Assembly: GCF_006345805.1 (NCBI RefSeq)
Contig: NC_043020.1
Coordinates: 27,094,001-27,158,000 of the forward strand
DNA length: 64,000 nt
Reading direction: 5' to 3'
Source of the DNA: Octopus sinensis
Lineage: Eukaryota
The notes beneath the pieces are model-generated. The model was not told the origin of the DNA and made no database searches. It was given only the letters and a program-made list of their open reading frames with translations. Below are positions 26,554-38,365 of this stretch, piece by piece; position 1 is the first letter of the stretch, and every line of letters begins with the position of its first letter. Position numbers and translations under genes: made by a program.

Positions 26554-27288
26554 CTGTGTTTGTCCCCTAGCATTGCTTGACAACCGATGCTGATGTGTCT
26601 ATGTCCCCGTTACTTAGCGGTTCGGCAAAAGATATTGATAGAATAAGTACTGGGCTTACGAAAGAAATAAGTCCCGGGGTTGAGTTGCTCGATTAAAGGC
26701 GGTGCTCCAGCATGGCCGCAGTCAAATGACTGAAACAAGTAAAAAGAGTGTATATATATATATATAAGCACCACCTTCATAATACATAGCATGCATTTTT
26801 GTGTGGATGCATACACGCATATGAAAAACAGGTTCTCTTTTTACAAAAATGAGTTGTAGTTTTAATTCTTGGGCGTTTTTTGTTGTTATTATTATTATTT
26901 AAGATTTTTCTCATATTACTTTCTTGGATTAACAATGTTATCAGTGTTTGTAAATCATAAGCAAACAACCTTAAAAGTTCTATGCATAGAAAACTGGGTA
27001 AACTCTGTTGCATTGGACAGACATGTATCACAGTCTCTCAGTGTTTGACTATGCTTCTACAAGCACAAGATATTGCGTCATATAGCACATCACAAAACCT
27101 AACCGAAAATTAATCTTGTGATAAACAATATACCCCCAGCAAATACTAGACTAGTCACATGAGCTATATTGTTATTAGTAAAATGTAATACAGCATATTT
27201 GGTGATATGGTGACCTGCATTGAAAACACAAGTTTGCATTCCTGCTTTTTACTTTGTGTTTAATGGTGGAATTGGAGCTAAAATTTCT

Positions 27289-27586
27289 GGGTTTTTTTTT
27301 TTTTTTTTTATGTTCCTTCTCGAGCCATGCCTGGCTCATAAGAGCCAGTTACCCCACCTGGACGGGGACGCCAGTCCATCGCAGGTGAGCTGCAAGATGC
27401 AGGAGGAAAGAGTGAGAGAAAGTTGTGGCGGAAGAGTCAGCAGAAGTTTCGCCATTACCTTCTGCCGGGGCCACGTGGAGCTTAGGTGTTTCGCTCATAA
27501 ACACACACATCGTCCGGTCTGAGATTCGAACCCGCGATCCCTCGACCGTGAGTCCGCTGCTCTAACCACTAGGCCATGTGCCTCCA
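27289..27586 (-). mobile_element. Young tRNA-derived SINE (family E) with poly(A) tail and 11-bp TSD
   Basis: Minus strand tggcctagtgg (A box), gggttcgaatc (B box); ctaaaatttct at 27278-27288 and 27587-27597; CpGs retained. Confidence 0.88.
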
Positions 27587-28489
27587 CTAAAATTTCTTTA
27601 TGAATGATAGCAGTTGTTACTTAAGCCAATCCTGCCTGAGAAGACACTCTAATCAAAGAAGACTTTTTTTTTTTAAGGCAGTAGATTGTGGTTTGAGGAA
27701 TGTGTCAATGGTATTTCTAGCTGGTTAATTGATCCACCCTGTGGCTCTACTCATCAAAGTAAAGTAACATGTTGTTAATGGAGCATCTGCTTTGCAACGA
27801 ACCCCGTTGACATCTGTTTACTCAGCTAAGTTAATTAGAAAATAAATTATGCAGGTACACTGTCTATCAGCACCAAAAAAAAATGTAGTTTAGATACAGG
27901 TATGGCTGTGTGGTTAACAAGTTTGCATTGCAACTGTATAGTTGTGGGTTCAGTCTCACTGCATGACACCCAGCACAACTGTTTTCTGTAGTCCTGAGCT
28001 TACATTTAACTCACCTTTCATTTGGTTGATAAGTTTGTATTTGGGGTACACGTAGAAGTCAGGTTTGTGATCTTTAAGTGTCAGATATGGTTATTGTCTT
28101 GGTACATTTTCCTGTTCTATCCTCTATTTGTAACCTCATCAATTCCTGTGCTTTTCTCTTGATTCTGTTGCATCTACTGGGGTTTACAATTGTTTTTTAA
28201 ATTTTAATTTTTGTTATGCTGTTCCTGAGGAGTTTTTTACTGGATATCTTTGAATACCAGACTTTTTGTTTACCTGCAATTTCTTCCCCCACACACTCAT
28301 AATGTTTGTAGTGGTTTGTAGTCTGAGTATAAGTGTGTTTTACCAGCTGTTTCTAAAATTGTTATGTCTTACTGTCTGTATGTATATAACTGTTTGTATA
28401 TCTATATATGTATGTTTATCAGCTTATGTATTTATATGTGAGTTTGTTTTTCTTTCTTTTTTCCCTTCTAGTGGCAAAGGGTTTTTGAG

Positions 28490-29076
28490 ATGTCGGACCC
28501 AAATGACCAACTTCATCCGAACATACCACCACCACCTCCTCCACCACAATATATGAACACAGCGGTAGCTGCCGTTACTGCTGCTGGTCTTGTAGGCCCT
28601 CCACCACCAGCTGCCATCGTTGGCACCGTGGGCACTTTCAACAACTATCGTCCTGCGGTCGCAGTCAATTCGGTCGCTGTGAACGCTGTCGGTGTGGTCA
28701 GTGGTGTCGGCGGTGCGGTCATCGCAACAGGTGGCTACAGGACCGACTACAATGACGCCTACCGGGGCGACTACGGCGCTGCCACCAGCTGCCCGCCGCC
28801 TGTCATCCCTGTCGGCCTCGTGGCGGGCAGCAACAACCTCGTCACCGCCGCCGCCAGCACTGCCATCACCGCGCCGACGTCGGGGAACACCGTCAGTCCT
28901 CCGCCGCCGCCGCCACCTGCTGTCGCCAACCCTGCCACCACCACTAGCACGAGTGGCAACAGTAACGCTGGTTACGACACCGGCTACTGCGAGAGTGACT
29001 ACCGAGACGACTATAACTACGAGGACAGACATGGCTACCGAAAGGACTCGGAGTTCCGGGATAGAGACAGGGACAG
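28490..29076 (+). CDS. RBM5: RBM5/10 coding exon 1: Pro/Ala/Val-rich N-terminus with DYR-type motifs (exon starts 28472)
   Basis: Acceptor ttcccttctag at 28471, ATG at 28490, donor AG|gtaagg after 29076 (phase 2); matches ORF 28490..29080. Confidence 0.85.
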
Positions 29077-29551
29077 GTAAGGGCCCTTTTTTTTCCCATC
29101 TTATATGCATTAGGGCAATCAGCTCACAATCATAAGGTCATCAGTTCAATTCCCGGCAGTTCATTGTGTCCTTGAGCAAGACACTTAATTTCACGTTGTT
29201 CCAGCTCACCCAGCTGGCAAAATTCAATTGTACCTGTTTCTTTATTACCCACAAGGGGCTAAACATAGAGGGGACAAACAAGGACAGACAAAGGTATTAA
29301 GTTGATTACATCGCCCCAGTATGTAACTAGTACTTAATTTATCGACCCCGAAAGGATGAAAGGCAAAGTCAACCGCGGCGGAATTTGAACTCAGAACGTA
29401 ACGGCAGACGAAATACCGCTAAGCATTTCGCTCAACGTGTTAACGCCTTTGCCAGCTCACCGCCTTTTAACAATTCACTTGTACCTGTAATTCAAAGGGT
29501 CAGCCTTGTTACACTCTGTGTCATGCTGAATCTCTCTGAGAACTACATTAA

Positions 29552-29998
29552 CCCGTTAGCATTTAAACCGGCCATATCCGGCCAAAAGTATTCTGCCTGT
29601 TTTATGTTCAAACTGGCCAGATCTGGTCTCTCACACCAACCCTACAATATCGTTTTAAAAATTAACACTTTCGTTACCATATTTATTTTGAGATGCTCTG
29701 TATTTCATTCAATTAATTTTAAAAATAACCAAGAATTTAGTCAAAGAACTTAGTTATCATTAAGCTAGTGTTGGGAACATAAATTGTGATTAAGGTTTGG
29801 TGGAAGATTTTAATTCGAAACTTATGAAAATAAGACATTTGTACTACAGAGCCAGAGGCGGTTTTGGCCAGGTTGGTATCAAAAGGGTTAACAGCTACCT
29901 CATCAAATTCTCATAGCTACAAGATAATGCATGATTAGTTCAAAACAATGTGGATGAAAAAGCATTAATTTTGGTAGAATAATGTGAACACTAAAGGG
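29552..29998. mobile_element. piggyBac-type MITE with a second piggyBac-type MITE (29666-29887) nested at an internal TTAA; relatives at 45115-45335, 52445-52665, 62603-62783
   Basis: TTAA flanks at 29548-51/29999-30002 and 29662-65/29888-91; ccc...ggg termini; 45115 and 52445 copies are both 221 bp with TTAA on both sides. Confidence 0.85.
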
Positions 29999-30731
29999 TT
30001 AAGGGTACGTATGTCTGTGGAGTGCTCGGCCACTTGCACGTTAATTTCACGAGCAGGCTGTTCCGTTGATCAAATGTTCTGGAACCCTCATCGTGGTGAC
30101 CGACAGTAAAGTGCCAGTAGAGGTATTTACAGCCTGAAGGTCATACATCAAATGTCTGCTGAATCAGGGCTGCTAGCTTTGCAATAAATGACATCATCAC
30201 CATCACCATTGACGTCTGTTTTCCATGCTGGCATGGGTTGGAGGATTCAGCAAGAGCTGACATGTGAGAGAGCTACACCAGGCTCCAATTGTCCAATTTG
30301 GAATGGTTTCTACCCCTGGATGCCCTTTTTAACACCAACCATTCTACAAAGAGTACTGAGTGATTTTTATGTGACACCAGCATCTCTGCATGAATCAGTT
30401 TCTCTTGTCCTGCTTGAAATAGTAGCAAAATTGCCCTCAAATCACATGCTGTAGCCTTTAGAAGTGAAGATGCTTTAGGTAAGATAAGTAAATAATTAAG
30501 TTAGGTATTTTGGTTTGCTAAATTCTTCATGTGAAATCGTGTGTTAAAACATTTTGTTGTATCTTGCAGTAAATACTTCTAAATCAAAATTTTTTTTTTC
30601 ATGGACCCCTAAGATGCTACTGCAGACCCAGTTTATTATTTTGCTTGTGTGAACCCCATAAAAATCTTCTAATGGACCCTGGTTGGGAGCCACTGGTTTA
30701 ACGTAATGTATGTACTTGTTTCATTATGTAG

Positions 30732-30942
30732 ATCTCATCAGCCTGACAGGAGGGTGCATGACAGACGCAGAGGTCGGGTGGTAGACCGATCTCGGCGCGA
30801 CCGGGATCGTGACAGGGACCGTGATCGAGACCGAGGCTTCGACCGAGATCGAGACCGGAGCAGAAGTCGTGATGGACGAGATAGAAAGGACCGACCCTCT
30901 CGGGAACGAGGGGACCGATACGAAGAAGGCTTTGATTGTGAT
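30732..30942 (+). CDS. RBM5: RBM5/10 coding exon 2: RD/RS-rich region
   Basis: tag|A TCT CAT completes AGA; RDRDRD repeats; GAT|gtaagt donor, phase 0. Confidence 0.9.
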
Positions 30943-31051
30943 GTAAGTTCAAAATATATATTTGCTATCTGTTTATTTTATCTTTTATCTTTTGTTTGGC
31001 CCTGTCATTAGACTGTAGCCATGCCGGGGCACTGCCTTGAAGGGTTTAGTC

Positions 31052-31542
31052 CAGGGGTCGCCACAGGGGGTCAATAATAGCCAAGGGATCAAATAGGGGT
31101 CAGCATGTGAAAGACCACCTTGCCCAGATGAACTGCCTGAAATACTTAGCCAGCGCCATGCCCATCCCCCCCATTGATGTTGTCAATTTCAATAAGAGAT
31201 ATTCAGGCAATATGATGCGTTTTCCACATTTTCTAACCATGAGAATAATTTCATTAAAATTAAAAGTTTAATTATGTATACTCATATACGTAGTTTTAAA
31301 TATAAAAAGTGTGTCATCGTCAATAGAATTTCTTAATTTGTTGTACATGTATATTTTAGCTAACATTTTAATTGCCAGCATCAGTACCCTGTACGCATTT
31401 CAGGTATAGTACGGCAGGGTAAGGTATTAAGATATTTTAAATGAGGAGGGTGATCGATGTGGAAGGAGAAATGGCTAAAAGGGGTCGATGCAGAAGAAGT
31501 GGCTAAAAGGGGTCAATGGTCGAAAAAGTTTGGTGACCCCTA
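31052..31542. mobile_element. hAT-type non-autonomous element inserted in a degraded SINE A
   Basis: TIRs caggggtcgcca / tggtgacccct; near-perfect 8-bp TSD gtttagtc / atttagtc. Confidence 0.75.
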
Positions 31543-32142
31543 ATTTAGTCAAACAAATCAACCGCTGTATTTTTTTTTCAGTCTCATTTTACTGAACCAC
31601 TAAGTTACAGGCATGTAAGCAGGCCAATACTGGTTGCCAAGCACTGGTGGAGAACAAACACAAAATCAAAGAAACATATATATGTATATATATATCTCAG
31701 GCTTCATTCAGTTTCCATCTATCAAAATCTGCTCACAAGGCTTTGGTCAGGCTGAGGCTATAACAAAATACACTTACCCAAGGTGCCATGCAGTGGGACT
31801 GAACCCAGAACCATCAGGTTTCATGAATAAAACATCTTTAGCAGTATACAGTAATAACAAGACGGCTACTTGGCAGAAATGAAGGACTTGCTCTTTAGTT
31901 TGGCTGCTATTTCTAGCAGATAGCATGATCACTGAACGGCTGCTTGTGCAATCTTTCTCTTTTAGTCTGTGGATTAATTTTCCTAATTTAATGGATTGGT
32001 GTATTTAAGAGTGGGGGTCATTTTATTATTGGTAACCCAGCTGCTCGCCCCTCTATCATCAGGTAGTAATTTTACCTTGTCCTTATTCTTAGTGCAAGTT
32101 TTGAAGAGTGCAGTTGATATATATATTGTTTTTGTTTTGTTT

Positions 32143-32178
<36 letters not shown>

Positions 32179-32197
32179 TTTGTTTCATTGTTTGCAG

Positions 32198-32347
32198 AGT
32201 TCTAGTCGTGATAGCGGGGAAAGTTTCAGGGACCAGGACAGCGGCCGAGAAGGTCGAGAGGACCGAGCTGGTGAGCGATGGATGACCGACACACCTACAC
32301 ACACCATTCTTCTAAGAGGACTTCCAAACCAGATTGACGAAAAGGAT
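32198..32347 (+). CDS. RBM5: RBM5/10 coding exon 3: start of RRM1 (TILLRGLP, RNP2)
   Basis: tttgcag acceptor, GAT|gtgagt donor, 150 nt. Confidence 0.93.
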
Positions 32348-33058
32348 GTGAGTTTGTTTTTTTTTCTCTTTCTCTCTCTCATTGTGCACATGCATGTGTA
32401 TGTGTGTGTGTATATATATATATATACACATATATCATCATCATCATCGTTTAACGTCCGTTTTCCGTGCTAGCATGGGTTGGACGGTTCGACCAGGGTC
32501 TGGGAAGCCAGGAGGCTGCTCCAGTCTGATCTGGCCGTGTTTCTACAGCTGGATGCCTTTCCTAACGCCAACCACTCTGCGAGTGTAGTGGGTGCTTTTT
32601 ACGTGCCACCGGCACAGGTGCCAAGGGAGTCTGGCAGCGGCCACGATCGGTTGGTGCTTTTAACGTGCCGCTGGCATCGGCCACATTCGGGTATGTATAT
32701 ATATGCATATATGTATATATATATGTGTGTATTGAATGTTGCAAAAGGTGAACAATGGTTGATTCCATATATTGGTTTCAAATTTTGGCACAAGGCCAGC
32801 AATTTCAGGGAAGGGAGTAGGTTGATTACATTGACCCCTCTGCTCAGCTGGTTCTTATCTTATCAACACCTGAAAGGCGAAGTCGAACTTGGCGGGATTT
32901 GAACTCAGAATAAATGCCACTAAACATTTTGCCCTGGTTTGCTAACAGTTCTGCCACCTCACCACCTTACTGATTCCATATATTCATGTGTATGTATGTA
33001 TGTGTGTATGTGCATGCATGTCATGGTTCGTAATTTTATTTCTTTCTGTATCTTGTAG

Positions 33059-33125
33059 ATATTGACGGAACTAATGATAATTGGACTCAGTGTCAAAGAC
33101 GTTCGATTAATGAGGAAAAGTTCCG
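33059..33125 (+). CDS. RBM5: RBM5/10 coding exon 4: RRM1 ILTELMIIGLSVKDVRLMRKSS
   Basis: tcttgtag acceptor, TCC G|gtgagt donor (phase 1); 67 nt, below the ORF-track cutoff; VRLMRK motif typical of the family. Confidence 0.92.
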
Positions 33126-36100
33126 GTGAGTGTTTTTTTTTCCTTTTTCATGTTATTTCATTTATTTTTCATAGATAAATTTATAAACAAATCTACTCAC
33201 TGAGGGGGTTCTGAGAATATTGAAACATATATATATGTATATATTATATATATATTTATTATATGATATATTTATATATATCTATATATAATATATGTAT
33301 GTGTATCTTGTATAAAATTGAAGGTGTGTTTTGTTGGATTTTTTAATGTATGTATGTATATATATATATATATATCTATATATATATTATTTTTTCTTTG
33401 TAAACTATGTTGGCTTTATTCACCAGGGTCTTTATTATTATTATTGTTATTATTATCTTGTAAAAGTTCTTGAATATATGATATGTAACCAAACTAATCT
33501 TCTCTTATTCACAGCTGTTTATCTTTGGAAGTCTTGTATAGTTAATCTGTTATGATATGTATTGATATCTGCCTTCATGAAATCACTGTCTTCTAATCTT
33601 GGTTTATACTCTTCACTGATTCACCTGTCTTCAGTGTTTTGAGATTGAGCCGGTTTTTACCTTTGCAAAACGGTGCTATTGTTGTTGTTGTTTAACCCTT
33701 ACACTGCTCCTGCTTGGGCAAACATTGTTTTAGTCATTACTACTTCCTTTGTTGTTTTCAAACATAGTGTATCTAAGACAATATTGTTGAGTGTATCTTG
33801 TTTTTTTGCTGCTGTTTCATATATATATATATATATTATATTAAATTAGCTGTGACACTAAGATGCTTTCATATACACCTTCTCCCTATATCTGTGTGTA
33901 AGTTCTTTTATTTGTTTCAGTCATTTGACTGCGGCCATGCTGGAGCATTGCCTGTAGTCAAACAAATCGGCCCCAGGACTTGTTCTTTGTAAGCCTAGTA
34001 CTTATTCTATCGGTCTCTTTTGCCGAACCGCTGCATTACGGGGACATAAACACACCAACATCGGTTGTCAGATGATGGCGAGGGGACAAACACAGACACA
34101 TATATACACGACAGGTTTCTTTCAGTTTCTGGCTACCAAATCCACTCACTGGGCTTTGGTTAGCCCAAGGCTATAGTAGAAGACACTTACCTAAGGTCCC
34201 TCACAGTGGGATGAGAACTCAGGACCATGTGGTTGGTAAGTAAGCTACTTACCACACAGCCACTCCTGAGTAAGCACATGAATGTGAAACAAGGTGGGGA
34301 AAAATTAGTATTCGACTACCTGAAGTAGAGTGATATGCTTCGTTATTAAAGTTGTGAAAAAACATCACAGAAATATCACAAAAAACTGCTACTCAGAGTT
34401 TCGCGTTCCCATTTGTCAGCCAGTTGTGATTAAGAATTCTTATGTATATGTGTGTGTGTGGGGGGATACGAATTTAATTTTCTTATGCCAAAGTTTATGC
34501 ATAACAAATCATTGGCTATTTGGCTCATACTTAAGATCCCTGTATTGAGTATGTTGTGTCAAACCAACCCTGATGGAGCTGAGTGAGAGCATAACAAAAG
34601 GGCCCTTTTGTCCACTTAAGATGTTTTGTCTTTGGAAGTGCATATGTGGGTGTGCTCAGTTCTTTTATTGTCTTTGGTCATCAGCTGCCCCAGCAACAAT
34701 GCTTCTGCTGAATTACTATTCTCTACTAGTAAGGATTATCTGTTCCTATGTATAGTGGCTGTCTCTTCCCCACACCTCTTGTGTCTGTGCTTGGTCAAAT
34801 TTTCTGAAAGGTCTGAACTTTTATGGTTGTATTTAATAAATTTGTGCCTTTTATTTTCCTTCCACTTCCCAAAAGTCTTTGGTCAACTTCTGTTGTTGAA
34901 AAACCACCACCACGACCATCCCGCCCCACAGAGGCCAGATTTAGTGACTACACCCCCCCCCCAACCTAAATTGTGCATTTTTGCAGATAACCTTGTTAAC
35001 TCTTTAGCTTTCAGATTACTCTATCTGGCTTAATGCTTATTTATCCACATTGTTTTGAATTAATCCTGCATTATCTTATCACTTCCAAGAGTTTCATAAT
35101 CTGATTGTTTGTTTTAACAATGGCATTGTAGGACAGGTGTAAAATGTTGGATCTAGCCATTTTGAACATAAAAAAGGCAGATTATTTGGGCCAGATATGA
35201 CTGCTTTAGATACGAAGAAAATTAAGTTTTAATTGCTACTAAATTGGACAAACTTTCTGGTCTTTTGCCTAGAAACAAATGTATTAATATGAGGAAATTG
35301 CGATAAACTCCAAAATTGTGTGAAGGCCCCCCCCTCAGCTGTGGCATATTTCACTTTAGCTCCAATCCAGTCCTGCCCACCACTGTTATCTCTCTCATCA
35401 ACATCTCAATTATCTTGTTGTGAAGATACAGAGCTGAAGACACCTCCGAAAGGGGGTGGGGGGCACCACGTCAAAACGGTACAGGAGTAGGGGCCGAAAC
35501 CGGACATGGTTCCTCTTGATGATGTCTTGAGCTAACTGGATCCTATAAAGGAGCTGTTGTGGTAGCAGACCACGAAACACGGTTGTAATTCCTTCCTTAG
35601 AGTCTTTTTAAATTCTTGGCTTCTTATAATTCCTGGCTGGTCTCTTGTTCGAACTCAGGTGTTTTTTGTAAACAGAAATAATCCATTACTTTCACTTTCA
35701 GCTTATCAACGTCTGTTTTCTTCTGGTAAGTAATGGCAAGTTTGATGCTTGACTCGTCACTCTTTTACTCAATCCTACCTTAACGATGTATTCATTTGCA
35801 TTAACCATTTTTTATCATTTTGAACAGGATACTGCTGTTAGCTGTGTGTGTTCATTAGCACATCAATGTAAAGTGCTTTACAATCTGATCAGTTCATATG
35901 TAACAATTATTTTGTAGATACATTGATTATTCTGTTAGAATTTTAATTGCTTAATTAGTTAAAATGGGGGAAAAGATGAGAAATTTAAAGTGTAGGTATT
36001 TGATCCTGAAGCTCCTGTTCTGTATAAGATAATTGCTGCTTCCATGATTGGATCAAAACACCTTGAGTCTACACACCTGAAGACATCAAAGTGACCATGC

Positions 36101-37078
36101 TTCACCTGCAGTTAGTAGGCTATTAATTAATTAATTGATTGATTGATTGATTGACTATTACACTGTGGTAGTTGTCCTGTGACTGATTTGTCTTATATTA
36201 CAATCAGTGGTTGATTCCTTTGGACAAAGTAACTTATTTTTTTCTTTTAATTTGTTTTCTTTGACTTGGTGACAGGTGAATTCTCATAAAGTACGAAGTG
36301 ACTATCTTGGAAAGAAATCATTTATCACTTTCATGATTTTTTATATTCTTTATGAGTCAGCTGCTGATGTACTTCAAGTAAAATTTCAATAGAATCTAGA
36401 TTTTTCTTGGAGTTTAGTAAAATATCTCTTACTTTATTACTGACGTACATTAAAATGTGTCACTCTGGCTCAACTGTTTTTGCTCTTTTTTTTAAATCTG
36501 GCAGTTTCAAGAAATAAGGATTAGAAAAATTACTCTGAATAATTTTTATTTGAATTTCCCAAAGGAAGGATTGGTCATCAGTGGGGTCAAGCTAGCAGAA
36601 TCATTAGTACACTGGACAAAAATGCTTAGCAGCATTTCTTCCAGCTTCATGTTCTGTATTTAAATTCCACCAAGGTCTACTCTGCCTTTGATCCTTTCAG
36701 TGTTGATAAAGTAGGTACCAGTCAAACACTGGGGTCAGTGAAAGTGACCAACCCATTCTACTCAAAGTTGCTAGCCTTGTGCCAAAACTAGAAAGAATTA
36801 TTATGTTCTGAAATTAAATTCTGTCACGGTCAGCTTTCCTTTCTGTCCTTTTGGGGTCAATCTAAAAAGGGTCAGTTAAGCACTGGGCTTGATGTTACCA
36901 ACTAGTTTCCCTGCCAAAGTTCAAGCTTGTGTTTATAGTAGAAAGGATTATTATTATTGTTGTTATTATATAATGGCACATTCAAACTTGTCTCCTCATC
37001 TTGGTTGCTATTGGGTTTAAAGGTTTTAATTTCCATTAACTAATTGCGCCATAGGACAACACAGTAGTGAATATAAAG

Positions 37079-37411
37079 GAAAAGACCCCTTTTGGTTATG
37101 ACCATGGGACTGCACCTAGAAAGTTCCCCTCCAAGGCACAAGTCTAGGCAAGGTTGTTTTATGGAAGACCAGCAGTCACCCATGCATACCAGCCTCCTCT
37201 CTCTGCCCCAGTGATGTTATCCAAGGGGAGGGCAAAGGGGCCGATACAGCTTGGCACCAGTGACATCACAACTCATTTCTACAACTGAATGAACTGGAGC
37301 AACATGAAACTGAGTGTCTTGCTCAAAAACACAACACACAGCCCAGTCCAGGAATTGAACTTGCTATCACATGATTGTGAGCCCAACACTCTAACCACTG
37401 AGCCATGTGCT
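37079..37411 (-). mobile_element. tRNA-derived SINE (family E-related, different tail); degraded relatives near 20760-20960, 29120-29545, 45430-45700
   Basis: Minus-strand head gcacatggctcagtggttagag..., tgtgtttttgagcaagacac core. Confidence 0.7.
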
Positions 37412-38291
37412 TGATTATAAGCATTAAGTATTTAAGTGTAGTAGGTTCAGTCCCAGAGTCAGTATACACATTCTCTGTCTGGTTGGAGCTGAAAAGCCAA
37501 GCAACGTGTAGGGGAATGATAAATTGAGAATATCTCTGATGTGGACAACAGAATAAGAACACACCATCCTTGTGGATTTGATAAAGGGTTCAGTTTGAAT
37601 TCCTGGAAATTTTACCTATCACAGTAGACACCTGGATAAAGTATAAAAAACCTGGTTAAAGTATAAAAAAACTGCATCCCTCTGCCAAACCATGTTGAGC
37701 CAGTGTGACAGAGAAGGCTCAAGTATGATCTCCAGTGCAAATTCATGGCCTCCACATCAGGCTGTGGTTGGTGGGTGGAACATACTGAGCCCTTCGTCCT
37801 CCTACACTGATTGAATATAGGCAATCCAGTTTAGTCCAATACTTTAGTCTATTTAGATTTACTATATTTTGTTTTTTATAACAAAAAACAAGTTGGTCTA
37901 ACTTTGGTCTCCATGTTGTTTTTTTCCCTCTCTTTAATTCTGTTTTGAATTTAATTTCTCGCTAAGAATCTATATTATATTTGTTCTTTGAAAACCCTTT
38001 TTTTTTTTTTTTTAAATGTGAGAGAAAATTATTAAATTAAAGAAAAAAAAGAGAAAAGATATTTTTTTTCTTTTCTTTTCTTATTAATCTCAAATCTCGC
38101 CAAAGAACCAAATGGTAAGTTTCTCAGAGAACCAACCAGCCTCAGTGAGTGGGTTTTTAGTCATTTATTATTATCTTTTTTTTTTTTTTTGACCTTGGGT
38201 TTCACGTGTTCTGGTTGGTTTCAGATGATAACCGCCATATTTTTTTAGAAATTAGTTCCACTAATGCGGGACATTCTGAATACTTACGCAG

Positions 38292-38365
38292 GTGCATCCC
38301 GTGGGTTTGCTTTTGTGGAGTTTCAGAACGTAGCAGATGCCCAGCGCTGGATGGAACAGAATCAG
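38292..38365 (+). CDS. RBM5: RBM5/10 coding exon 5: RRM1 RNP1 GASRGFAFVEFQNVADAQRWMEQNQ (74 nt)
   Basis: cgcag acceptor at 38291, CAG|gtctta weak donor; phases 1 to 0 fit both neighbours. Confidence 0.93.

Noticed and set aside
27530-27586. tRNA genes suggested by A/B boxes (also in SINE A and B heads)
   Set aside because: No cloverleaf or acceptor stem; the boxes run into SINE bodies with tails and TSDs.
28424-29110. 228-aa antisense ORF and the overlapping 147-aa alternative-frame ORF over exon 1
   Set aside because: Both are shadows of a GC-rich low-complexity coding exon. They start or end in intronic sequence and show no recognisable domain.
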